Below, in pieces: positions 8,100 through 16,264 of a stretch of 35,404 nucleotides of DNA. The stretch is from Silvanigrellaceae bacterium (GTDB lineage: Bacteria; Bdellovibrionota_B; Oligoflexia; Silvanigrellales; Silvanigrellaceae), in the NCBI GenBank assembly GCA_049423385.1, contig JBMSQQ010000028.1:1-35404 (forward strand). The letters run 5' to 3'. The position numbers were made by a program, and so were the translations under genes. How positions within the stretch are numbered: position 1 is the stretch's first letter; the number at the start of each line of letters is the position of its first letter. A model generated the notes under the pieces. That model was not told where the DNA came from, searched no databases, and saw nothing but the letters and a program-made list of their open reading frames with translations.

Positions 8100-8303
8100 G
8101 GAAACCCCCTGTTTCTTTTCCTGGCTGGGTAAATCTTCCAGAGTCGTTTGAATTGCCAAGCGTCCAGCGTTGAATAATCGTTACCCTAAACCATTTTTTG
8201 CCAAACAAAAAAGGGTGCCACGGAACTGCCATTGTCAAATCCTAGCTCACTTCTGTATTCTTGCGAGCCTGGACCGATTCACCGGTCCGAGAAGGAGACC
8301 AGT

Positions 8304-8726
8304 ATGGCAAAGAATTTGAATGGTACCAAGACGCATCAGAACCTGAAAGATGCTTTTGCAGGTGAAAGCCAGGCGAACCGTCGCTATCTTTATTTCGCAA
8401 AGGTCGCCGATGTTGAAGGCTATCCTGAAGTTGCGAGCAACTTCCGCGAGACTGCCGAAGGTGAAACGGGTCATGCTCATGGTCACCTCGATTACCTCAA
8501 GCAGGTTGGTGATCCTGCGACCGGCTTGCCGATGGGTGACACAGTTTTGAATCTGAAGGCCTCCATTGAAGGTGAGACACACGAGTACACCGACATGTAT
8601 CCAGGAATGGCCAAGACAGCTCGCGAGGAAGGTTTTCCGGAGATTGCCGATTGGTTCGAAACTTTGGCAAAAGCTGAGAAGTCCCATGCGGGTCGCTTTG
8701 GCCAGATGCTGAAGTCGATTTCCTGA
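8304..8726 (+). CDS. rbr: Rubrerythrin (short type lacking the rubredoxin domain)
   Basis: AAGGAG RBS then ATG 8304; NLKDAFAGESQANRRYLYFA, ETGHAHGH, EGETHEYTDMYP, AEKSHA di-iron ligands; no C-terminal CxxC pair. Confidence 0.95.
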   Translation: MAKNLNGTKTHQNLKDAFAGESQANRRYLYFAKVADVEGYPEVASNFRETAEGETGHAHGHLDYLKQVGDPATGLPMGDTVLNLKASIEGETHEYTDMYPGMAKTAREEGFPEIADWFETLAKAEKSHAGRFGQMLKSIS

Positions 8727-8738
8727 GATTTTCCCGAC

Positions 8739-8766
8739 GGGGCGCCTCTGGGCGCCCCTTTCTTTT
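8739..8766 (+). terminator. Intrinsic terminator-like hairpin between rbr and the Fe-S oxidoreductase gene
   Basis: GGGGCGCC-TCTG-GGCGCCCC (8739-8758) followed by TTTCTTTT. Confidence 0.7.
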
Positions 8767-8786
8767 CAGCAACACAGGAGGTGTTT

Positions 8787-10160
8787 GTGAGTACGGGTGG
8801 CGAACGAATTTCCTATCTGCCCAGTGATGGGCTTTCCTATGATCCCTCGGAAAACAAGTACTGGGACAAAGCAGCTCTCGGCAAGGAAATCAAGCGTGCA
8901 TTCGAGATCTGTCATGGTTGTCGGATGTGCTTCAAATATTGTGATTCATTTCCGAGTCTCTTTTCCCTGCTCGACAACAAGCATGATGGAGACGTGACGA
9001 GACTGACCGATCCTGAGGTTCGCACCATCATGGACTCCTGCTTCCAGTGCAAACTCTGCGAAGTGCAGTGTCCCTACACGCCGCGTGACAAACACGAGTT
9101 TCAGCTGGATTTTCCAAAATTGGTTCACAGGTACCAGGCCCAACGCCATCGCGATGAAGGTGGTCAATTGCGAGATATGGTCCTGGGCAATCCCGACCTT
9201 GCCGGAACACTCTCGCGGGCCAGCTTCGGAATGGCCAATGCCATGAACAAGGTGAAGTTGCATCGATGGTTCATGGAGAAGGTGTTGGGAATTCACCGCG
9301 ACAAGCTTCTTCCTGAATTTGCTGAGGAAACATTTGAGGATTGGGCCGAAGAACAGGGTCTGATCAAACCGGATTCCACCGATTGTGAAGTCGTTCTGTT
9401 TCAAACTTGTTATGTTCAGAACAATGAGCCTGAAATCGGCAAAGACACTGTCGCAGTCATGAAGAACAACGGTGTCAGGATCCAGTGCGAAAAAGGACTG
9501 GAGTGCTGTGGAATGCCTCGGTGGGAGTCGGGAGACCTTGATGGTCTCCGGCGTCAGGCTTCCGCAAACCTAAAAAAGCTCGCTCCATACGTCGAAGCTG
9601 GTGCGAAAGTGGTTGCCATCAATCCGACATGTTCAATGATGTTCCGTCGAGAGTATCCCGAACTCGTGACAGAGGACGAGAAGGAAATTGCTAAAAAGGT
9701 GGCTGCAGCAACAGTTGATCCAAGCGAATTTCTTTGGTCCATCAGGGATCAGGAAAGATTCAACACAGACTTCAGAAGTACCCCTGGTAATTCTGTTGGC
9801 TATCACGCGCCATGTCACTTGCGTGCTCAGGCCGTCGGTTTCAAGGGGCGCGATTTGCTGCGCAAGATTCCTGGAGTTGTGCCAAAATCGGTGACAGAGT
9901 GCTGTGGTCACAACGGCACCTATGCAATGAAAGTGGAGAGCTTCGAAAGTTCGGCAAAGATCGGTCAAAAGGCTTTCGATGGAATGAAAGCCAGTGATTC
10001 CGAGGTTTGGTCTACAGATTGTCCCTTGGCTGCGGTTCAATTCAAGCAATTTGCCGGGGTCAAGCCAATGCACCCGATGACCATTCTCGCACGTGCCTAT
10101 CGAGAAGATGGGTTTCCACAAAAAGTGATAAAGAAGGAGAAGGAAAGTGAGAAAGGTTGA
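8787..10160 (+). CDS. Rubrerythrin-associated Fe-S oxidoreductase (GlpC/HdrD-like, CCG domains)
   Basis: CHGCRMCFKYC and CFQCKLCEVQCP ferredoxin-like motifs; ECCGMP, NPTC, HAPCH, ECCGHNG and TDCP CCG-domain motifs. GTG 8787 fits the AGGAGG RBS better than GTG 8781. Confidence 0.88.
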   Translation: MSTGGERISYLPSDGLSYDPSENKYWDKAALGKEIKRAFEICHGCRMCFKYCDSFPSLFSLLDNKHDGDVTRLTDPEVRTIMDSCFQCKLCEVQCPYTPRDKHEFQLDFPKLVHRYQAQRHRDEGGQLRDMVLGNPDLAGTLSRASFGMANAMNKVKLHRWFMEKVLGIHRDKLLPEFAEETFEDWAEEQGLIKPDSTDCEVVLFQTCYVQNNEPEIGKDTVAVMKNNGVRIQCEKGLECCGMPRWESGDLDGLRRQASANLKKLAPYVEAGAKVVAINPTCSMMFRREYPELVTEDEKEIAKKVAAATVDPSEFLWSIRDQERFNTDFRSTPGNSVGYHAPCHLRAQAVGFKGRDLLRKIPGVVPKSVTECCGHNGTYAMKVESFESSAKIGQKAFDGMKASDSEVWSTDCPLAAVQFKQFAGVKPMHPMTILARAYREDGFPQKVIKKEKESEKG

Positions 10161-10704
10161 GCGCGCTTCCATTTTGTCACTCGCGGAGTATGAAAAAGCT
10201 CGCCCGTCTCTTCGTGAACAGGTGTTCAAGACCAAAGACATTCGCCGTGTTCACGTTGGAAGTTACCTGACGTTCCTGTTCGAAAATGCTGAAACGGTTC
10301 AATACCAGGTTCAAGAAATGATCCGCACGGAGCGAATCGAGGAAGAAGCCCAGATTCGGCATGAGCTCGAGACGTACAACGAGCTGATTGGTGAGCAGGG
10401 AGAAATTGGTTGCACACTGCTGATAGAAATTGATGATCCTGAAAAGCGGAGTCAGTATTTGGCCCGGTGGAAAAATCTCTTGACGACAATTTATATCCGC
10501 ACTTCCGATGAGACCCGAATTTTTCCGACCTTTGATGAGCGCCAGGTGGGTGAATCGAGAATAAGTTCTGTTCATTATCTGCGATTTAAAATGGGTGACA
10601 AGATTCCCGCTGGCGTGGGATGCAGCCATCCCGACATCGCAGCTGATACCAAGCTTTTTCCTCAGCAGATTGCTGCCCTTTGTAAAGACATTCTTGCGCG
10701 GTGA
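10147..10704 (+). CDS. DUF3501-family protein
   Basis: RRVHVGSYLTFLFEN, YQVQEMIRTE, ELETYNELI, TLLIEI, SSVHYLRF; the usual position after rbr and the Fe-S oxidoreductase. Confidence 0.88.
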   Translation: MRKVERASILSLAEYEKARPSLREQVFKTKDIRRVHVGSYLTFLFENAETVQYQVQEMIRTERIEEEAQIRHELETYNELIGEQGEIGCTLLIEIDDPEKRSQYLARWKNLLTTIYIRTSDETRIFPTFDERQVGESRISSVHYLRFKMGDKIPAGVGCSHPDIAADTKLFPQQIAALCKDILAR

Positions 10705-12065
10705 ACAGCAATCCAAGGACCCAATTGTATTTTCGGTTTGGCCAGGCAGTCGTATTGACGACAGCCCTTTGGTTGGTGCGTCTGGCAAATGAGGCAATTC
10801 AGTTTTCGAATATTGTTGCTGAGAATCTTTGGTTGATTCTTGTTCGGCCAACACTCATTGTCTTTTTCGGCAGTCTCTTTGCATCTGTTTACGTTTTTCT
10901 GAATGACTCTCTTGGCGGGAGAAAATATTGGGCCGCATGCTTCGCATTGGCTGCAGTCTTCTGTCTGGCTTACGTGCCGGACATGTATGCATCCTTTGTA
11001 AAGGCCGGAGAGAAGCAAGCTGTACTTCTGTCACTCGCCTTCTATTGCCTGGGCATCCTGACATATGGACTCATTCGAGGTTCCGCCTGCAAGTTGGTGA
11101 CAAGACTTTTTTCAGGTCGTTTTCATTTCAGGAAGATGAGGTCGGTCTGCACTTTTCTTGCTTTTTTGGTGATTGAATACCTTTTCTTTCACACCTGGCA
11201 CCCCATCACCTATTTTCCTGCGCTTCCCGTGCCGTTGCCAGCGGCAAGATTTGAAAGAACAACGACCCTGGCGCCGATCACGAATATCCTGTTTGAAACA
11301 ATGATTGATGGCGAAACGAGGACAAAAATCCACAGCGGAAGTTTTCCCGCGCTTGTGATTCTCGGAGAAAAACTTGCTGCCACCACCAGGGAAGGTCTCG
11401 CTGGAAAATCAATGTCAGACAGAGTGGTTGTTGTTCTTCCGGAAACTTTTGTGGCCTTGGACGACATAGAGGATGCCCGGCTTCTTATTGTCCCCGTTTC
11501 GGCAGTTCTCATGGATGAGTTCAAGGTGAGTAACATCGTTTGGATACAGGGGGCCTTTGTTCGAAACAACAATCTCGTGGTTGGCACCGAAATTGACAAA
11601 GGCCGGGATGGCCCCGCAGGTACAACGGGGCGCACTCCTCCCATCACAATTTTGCGCCGAAAAAACGAACAAATGCCGATGTTTGAGGCGCCTTCAAAAG
11701 GAATCTCCTACTCCTCGCGTCCCGAAGACGTCTTGTTTTCGGAAGCACGTCCGCCCCGGGAGCAAAAAGCTCTCACCGGGTTTATGGAAGGTCACCGGAT
11801 ACTTGTTTGTTATGAGTCGTTGTTTCCCGCGAACTGGAAAGTTGGAAAGCCTTCATTGATTCTGACCAACCACCATCTTTTCAATGAATTTCGCCTCATG
11901 AATTGGGTGTATTTTGGGTTCCTCAGGCAGTTGGCCTTTGTTTTTGGTTCAGAAGTGAAAGTTGTATCCAACTTCAACGATTCTGGCGTTCTCAATCCTG
12001 CATCACGGATTCTGTTCGGCAGTTCCATGGCTCCTGAAGGCTGGGTCACCCTCAAACTTCGTTGA
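10701..12065 (+). CDS. Membrane protein with a divergent apolipoprotein N-acyltransferase (Lnt)/nitrilase-like domain
   Basis: About 5 N-terminal hydrophobic helices, then VVLPET, RKNEQMPMFE, LVCYESLFP, ILTNHHLF and SNFNDSGVLNP. These align in order with Lnt WPE(T), K..LVPFGE, ICYE..FP, N.TND.WF and N.G.S..IDP. Confidence 0.6.
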   Translation: MNSNPRTQLYFRFGQAVVLTTALWLVRLANEAIQFSNIVAENLWLILVRPTLIVFFGSLFASVYVFLNDSLGGRKYWAACFALAAVFCLAYVPDMYASFVKAGEKQAVLLSLAFYCLGILTYGLIRGSACKLVTRLFSGRFHFRKMRSVCTFLAFLVIEYLFFHTWHPITYFPALPVPLPAARFERTTTLAPITNILFETMIDGETRTKIHSGSFPALVILGEKLAATTREGLAGKSMSDRVVVVLPETFVALDDIEDARLLIVPVSAVLMDEFKVSNIVWIQGAFVRNNNLVVGTEIDKGRDGPAGTTGRTPPITILRRKNEQMPMFEAPSKGISYSSRPEDVLFSEARPPREQKALTGFMEGHRILVCYESLFPANWKVGKPSLILTNHHLFNEFRLMNWVYFGFLRQLAFVFGSEVKVVSNFNDSGVLNPASRILFGSSMAPEGWVTLKLR

Positions 12066-12115
12066 GTGTGGTCAATGCATTTTTTGCCGTTCACAGATTG
12101 CCGCTGACATCTGAT

Positions 12116-12142
12116 TCAGATGGTTGTGTCTCGATCCGAAAC
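12116..12142 (+). promoter_or_regulatory. Putative sigma-28-type promoter
   Basis: TCAG-N15-TCCGAAAC, 23 nt upstream of the TTG start at 12166. Confidence 0.35.
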
Positions 12143-12165
12143 TCAAGTGATCGAGGACGATTGTA

Positions 12166-14691
12166 TTGGATATCAACATCTCGAAAACCTGGGAGAATGA
12201 CTTCAACTGGCGAGCGGCTGTTTGCTGCCTGTTCGCCTGCTTCATCTTGTTTATTCGAAACGAAGCTCCGGCAAACTCGGGTGAATCGGAAACAATCAAA
12301 CAGCAGTTTGACTATGTCTATTCCGATTCCTCGGTCAACGAACCCGCGCAATTCGAGCAGATGGCTGTCGAATGGAAACCACTGAATCCAGAAAAAAACG
12401 CATTGAAGCCGCGAGACGGAAGTGTGTTGTGGCTCAGGTTCAAGATTCATTCGACCAAACATCTGCGTGATCCTGTTTTGATGTTTGAGCGGTTGCAACT
12501 CAGGTTTCGCTATTTTCATGAAAACAAGCTGTTGTCTTCATTTGGCGAGGGAGTCCCTTACCCCGGCCAACCCGTTCACTTCCTGCCCGTTCCACAGAGC
12601 GACGGTCCGGTGGTTGGATACTTACGGGTCGAATCGTCGCTGCCGAGAATTGGACCTCGTGGACCAGTCTATCTTGGCTCGCGCGCGAAGCTGACAGTTC
12701 AATTGGTCAAGAAAGACAGCACTGATCTTTTTGTCATCAGCGTCCTGATGTTGATTGGGGTTTCGGGTCTGGTTCTTTTTTCATTTTATCGGAGCGTGAA
12801 GACCTACCTGAATTTGGCGTGCTTTGCGCTGGCGAGCAACGCGTATTTTGTCGGACGCCTTCCAAGCAAGGTTATCTATGACATTGACCCGGTTCTTTCG
12901 GGTTTTGTTGGGCTTTGCGGGTTGTATTCGGCTCCATTTTTTTTCCTGCGATTCTTTCGTGAAATTTTCTCGGTCAGGGCTCATGTCATATTGGGTCGTC
13001 TCCAGTGGCTGTCTGGCGCATTTATTGTTTTCTCTGTAGTTTTTTCATTGGTAACTCCATCAGGCCCGCTGAATCTTCTGCTGCCATTTTACCTTGTCGC
13101 AATTTCCGTCTTTTCATATTCCATCTTTTTTGCGGTGCGGAAATTGAGTCAACACAGCTACGTGGGGACCTTTTTCACGGGTGTTGTTGTACTGTTTTGT
13201 GCCGGACTGTGGGAGGTCGGCAGGGAATTCCGCCTATTCAACGCAAACATTCCCATGATCACCTGGGGATTTCTTGGGTTTGTCGGCTCTCTTGTTGTCA
13301 TACAGGGAAGATACTTCACCGGTCTTTTTCAGCAGGTCGTCGACAGTGGTCTCGCCAAGGAGGAGGCGAGATTGCGCTTGGAACGGGTCTTGAACAGCAC
13401 CCTTGAGCTTTCACAAACGCGAACCTATACAGAGCTTATACAGGCATTTGCCGATTCACTTGTGGTCGAGTTGAAGCTCGCCAATGAAGATGTGACGATT
13501 GACTTTTTCATGCCACCTCGTGGTTCAGATGCGAATCAAGATTTGATGCTGCAGTTTTCTTACATGTATGTCTTTGAGGAAGGACGTGGAAAGTTGTTCG
13601 CCGTTTCTGACAGGATGTCCTCCGGGGATTCAGGGGATGAAGGGTCGGAGCGCCGCAGAAAAATCGCTTCCGTCCGGAATGATGAAATCAACAGTTTCAG
13701 AAGTGAATTGACCAATACCGCCGCCCCCGATGCAGTGCTGACCATTCCGATTGAAACACTGAGTGCTCTGGGGGCCGTGACCATTCGGAGATTTTCCAAA
13801 GGCGGCTTCAACAGTTCGGACCTGAATCACGTTCGAAAGTTTGTCAATTCCCTGTCGTCGTCTCTTCAGATCGCTTTGCAAAATCTTGATTATGTTGCCG
13901 AGGTGAAGGCGCGCGTCATAATGGAGAACGAGATGGATGCCGCGGTCAGTTTGCAAGCCGCACTGCTTCCACAGCCTTTGGAGCTTCCGGGTGTTCAATA
14001 TTCCGCGTTCTGCAAAAGTGCAGGAAGAACCGGCGGCGACTGGCATGGCTACTATCACTGTGCCGAACAAAACCGACTGTTCTTGACGATTGGTGATGTG
14101 ACGGGTCATGACTTTGCAGCATCCATCATGACCGGCGTTGCCGCTGGTGCTGTGAAGGCTTGGGAGCAAAACGATGCGAAGAGATTTTCAGATGGTAAAG
14201 CCGCGCTGGAGGATCTTGCAGCACTGGTGAATCGAGTTTTCTGTGGTTCGAACCGGGGCCTCAAGTTCATGAGCATGTTCTTTGCATGTATTGATCTTGA
14301 CGATGGCAATTTGCATATTGTCAATGCAGGACATCCACAGCCATTTCGAATCTCAAAACAGGATGGAATATCTCCATTGGTGTCTTCCGGGCATATTTTG
14401 GGCCATAGCGAAGAGTCTCATTTTCACGCTGAAACAATTCAACTTGAGGAAGGGGATACAGTCTTTTTCTTTACGGATGGTCTGTTTGAAAACCACGGAT
14501 CCACGGGTGCTTGTCTCAGCCGACGAAGTCTTGTCTCATCCTTGGGTGGGAAAGAAGATGCCCAAGATGTGCTGGAGTCGGTGTTGGCAAAGGCCCAGAT
14601 TGTTTGGGGCGAGCAAGCAGCCGAAGACGATGTGACACTCGTTGCGGTAACCTGGAAAGAAAAAAGTGCGATCTCGGGGCGAGTCGCATGA
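12166..14691 (+). CDS. Membrane sensor PP2C/SpoIIE-family phosphatase (7TM-DISM-like input, GAF-like linker)
   Basis: Periplasmic segment (LWLRFKI), about 7 TM helices, then LQAALLP, TGGDWHG, IGDVTGH, VNAGHP, FFTDGLFE and EDDVTL PP2C motifs; TTG start with GAGGA upstream. Confidence 0.88.
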   Translation: MDINISKTWENDFNWRAAVCCLFACFILFIRNEAPANSGESETIKQQFDYVYSDSSVNEPAQFEQMAVEWKPLNPEKNALKPRDGSVLWLRFKIHSTKHLRDPVLMFERLQLRFRYFHENKLLSSFGEGVPYPGQPVHFLPVPQSDGPVVGYLRVESSLPRIGPRGPVYLGSRAKLTVQLVKKDSTDLFVISVLMLIGVSGLVLFSFYRSVKTYLNLACFALASNAYFVGRLPSKVIYDIDPVLSGFVGLCGLYSAPFFFLRFFREIFSVRAHVILGRLQWLSGAFIVFSVVFSLVTPSGPLNLLLPFYLVAISVFSYSIFFAVRKLSQHSYVGTFFTGVVVLFCAGLWEVGREFRLFNANIPMITWGFLGFVGSLVVIQGRYFTGLFQQVVDSGLAKEEARLRLERVLNSTLELSQTRTYTELIQAFADSLVVELKLANEDVTIDFFMPPRGSDANQDLMLQFSYMYVFEEGRGKLFAVSDRMSSGDSGDEGSERRRKIASVRNDEINSFRSELTNTAAPDAVLTIPIETLSALGAVTIRRFSKGGFNSSDLNHVRKFVNSLSSSLQIALQNLDYVAEVKARVIMENEMDAAVSLQAALLPQPLELPGVQYSAFCKSAGRTGGDWHGYYHCAEQNRLFLTIGDVTGHDFAASIMTGVAAGAVKAWEQNDAKRFSDGKAALEDLAALVNRVFCGSNRGLKFMSMFFACIDLDDGNLHIVNAGHPQPFRISKQDGISPLVSSGHILGHSEESHFHAETIQLEEGDTVFFFTDGLFENHGSTGACLSRRSLVSSLGGKEDAQDVLESVLAKAQIVWGEQAAEDDVTLVAVTWKEKSAISGRVA

Positions 14692-14715
14692 TTCCAAAAG
14701 TGAGTTTAACTGAAA

Positions 14716-15426
14716 TCAAAAACTCACTTTTGTGTTTGCGAGGGTGATTGCCATCCTGCTCCAGTTGATGGTCCGGTTTTCCGTTCCGCCTGCTTTTTCC
14801 TTTGATTGGCTCCATCCGAGGTCGATTCCGAAACCGACTTCGATATTCTCTTCAATCTCCCAAACCCAAAGACCTTCAACTGCGACTCCAATTTCAGCGC
14901 TGCTCGTGTCGAAAGAACGTTCATTATAGAGTTCGTTCACCATCGCGTACCAAGGTGTAACTTGCAGGTCGAATCTTTCGTCCTCGATGTTCAATTGATG
15001 ATTCACGAATAATCCGAGTCGGTCTGCTGAGCTTGATTTGGCAACTTTTCCACCGATGTTGATCGCGGGATTGTAAACAAGGTGTTGGATTCCGGCCAGC
15101 ACGCCAATTTCGGTGTCTTCACCAGCTTTGATTCCCAGCCACAATTCACGTCCGCCGGTCGCGGCGTTCGGATAGGCGTAAACAACGTATTTGTCGAACT
15201 CGAGTCCGAACTCGAGTGACGGAAGACTGGATCTTCCATCGAGTCCAAAGGTGTCGACTGCGGTGAGTTGTTGTGTTTCCTGATTCCCCTCGCGCGGCTT
15301 GCTGATTTCCTTTTCAACCGATGCTGTGACGCCAGGCATGGCAAGCGAAAATTTAACGCCCTGTTCGGCCAATGCCAAAGAAGAAATCAGTAGAGAAGCC
15401 GTCAGGGATATCAATTTGAACTTCAT
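14716..15426 (-). CDS. Putative outer-membrane beta-barrel protein
   Basis: Signal peptide MKFKLISLTASLLISSLALA (ATG 15426); amphipathic beta-strands; ends in Phe (ANTKVSF). Confidence 0.65.
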   Translation of the reverse strand: MKFKLISLTASLLISSLALAEQGVKFSLAMPGVTASVEKEISKPREGNQETQQLTAVDTFGLDGRSSLPSLEFGLEFDKYVVYAYPNAATGGRELWLGIKAGEDTEIGVLAGIQHLVYNPAINIGGKVAKSSSADRLGLFVNHQLNIEDERFDLQVTPWYAMVNELYNERSFDTSSAEIGVAVEGLWVWEIEENIEVGFGIDLGWSQSKEKAGGTENRTINWSRMAITLANTKVSF

Positions 15427-15466
15427 TGCTGCGCTCCCGGGTTTCGTCAATAACCAATCACCGGTA

Positions 15467-15488
15467 GCTTAAAATGACAATTTTAAGC
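15467..15488. promoter_or_regulatory. Perfect palindrome, candidate operator
   Basis: GCTTAAAAT-GACA-ATTTTAAGC, 40 nt upstream of the OMP start. Confidence 0.45.
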
Positions 15489-15527
15489 GCGCAAGCTTCA
15501 CCACTCCGGTTTTTCAAGGTGATAGGA

Positions 15528-16100
15528 TCAAACACCCTTGAGAATAGTTCTCGCGAATTTGATGAGGTCGTCCTTTGGAATCATCATTTCGCTTCTTGTG
15601 CGTCCCCCGCAGCCCATCAATTCGATCATGTATCCGCCATTTTGAAGTTTGCTGACCGCTAGAATACCCGAACTTGACTCGACGGAACAACCGCCACCGG
15701 TTGCATTCAGCGCGATTGCTGGCATGTTTCCCTTGAGAGCTCCAGCAATAAATTGGCTCGTGGTCGTCAACGCCTGATCCAAATTTCCGCCACAAGATGG
15801 CACATCGGCCGCGGGTGGCTTTTCAAGCATTGCAAGTGCATTTTTTGGAGCAACAGAAGGAATTACTTTTTTTCCATCGTCTGAATGTGTGATGGATGTC
15901 TTTCCGTTGCGTTCAAGTTCCTTGATGCTTCCAATGATTGAAGCGAAGGCCTGATTGGAGGGCATACACCATTCATATTTCTTTTCTTCAATTGAAGCTG
16001 CGCGGGTTGTCTGCAGGGACGCCTCTTTAGGCTTGCACGCAGCGGCAGAAATCGCAGCAAGCGCAATGACAAAAGAGACTTTTTTGATGATGTTGTTCAT
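15528..16100 (-). CDS. Hypothetical lipoprotein
   Basis: ATG 16100 with GAGGGGAG RBS; MNNIIKK...ISAAA-C lipobox; 4 further Cys. Confidence 0.7.
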   Translation of the reverse strand: MNNIIKKVSFVIALAAISAAACKPKEASLQTTRAASIEEKKYEWCMPSNQAFASIIGSIKELERNGKTSITHSDDGKKVIPSVAPKNALAMLEKPPAADVPSCGGNLDQALTTTSQFIAGALKGNMPAIALNATGGGCSVESSSGILAVSKLQNGGYMIELMGCGGRTRSEMMIPKDDLIKFARTILKGV

Positions 16101-16264
16101 GACTCCCCTCGTTCGATATTCAAAGATTCGATGATATCGTTTTACGACCGACCGCAATGCTCTCGTGTGGGTTCGGTTGAATTTCGGGTGACTCAAGAAC
16201 TTTCGGTTAGAACCCTGAAATTACATATATTATTTGGATCACCTCAGCGTGGAGGCACTTACGG

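Noticed and set aside
8232..8303. N-terminal extension of rubrerythrin in the ORF track
   Set aside because: A strong AAGGAG RBS precedes ATG 8304, where family similarity starts.
9633..10854. Antisense ORFs of 202 and 225 aa
   Set aside because: Shadows of the Fe-S oxidoreductase and DUF3501 genes; no motifs.
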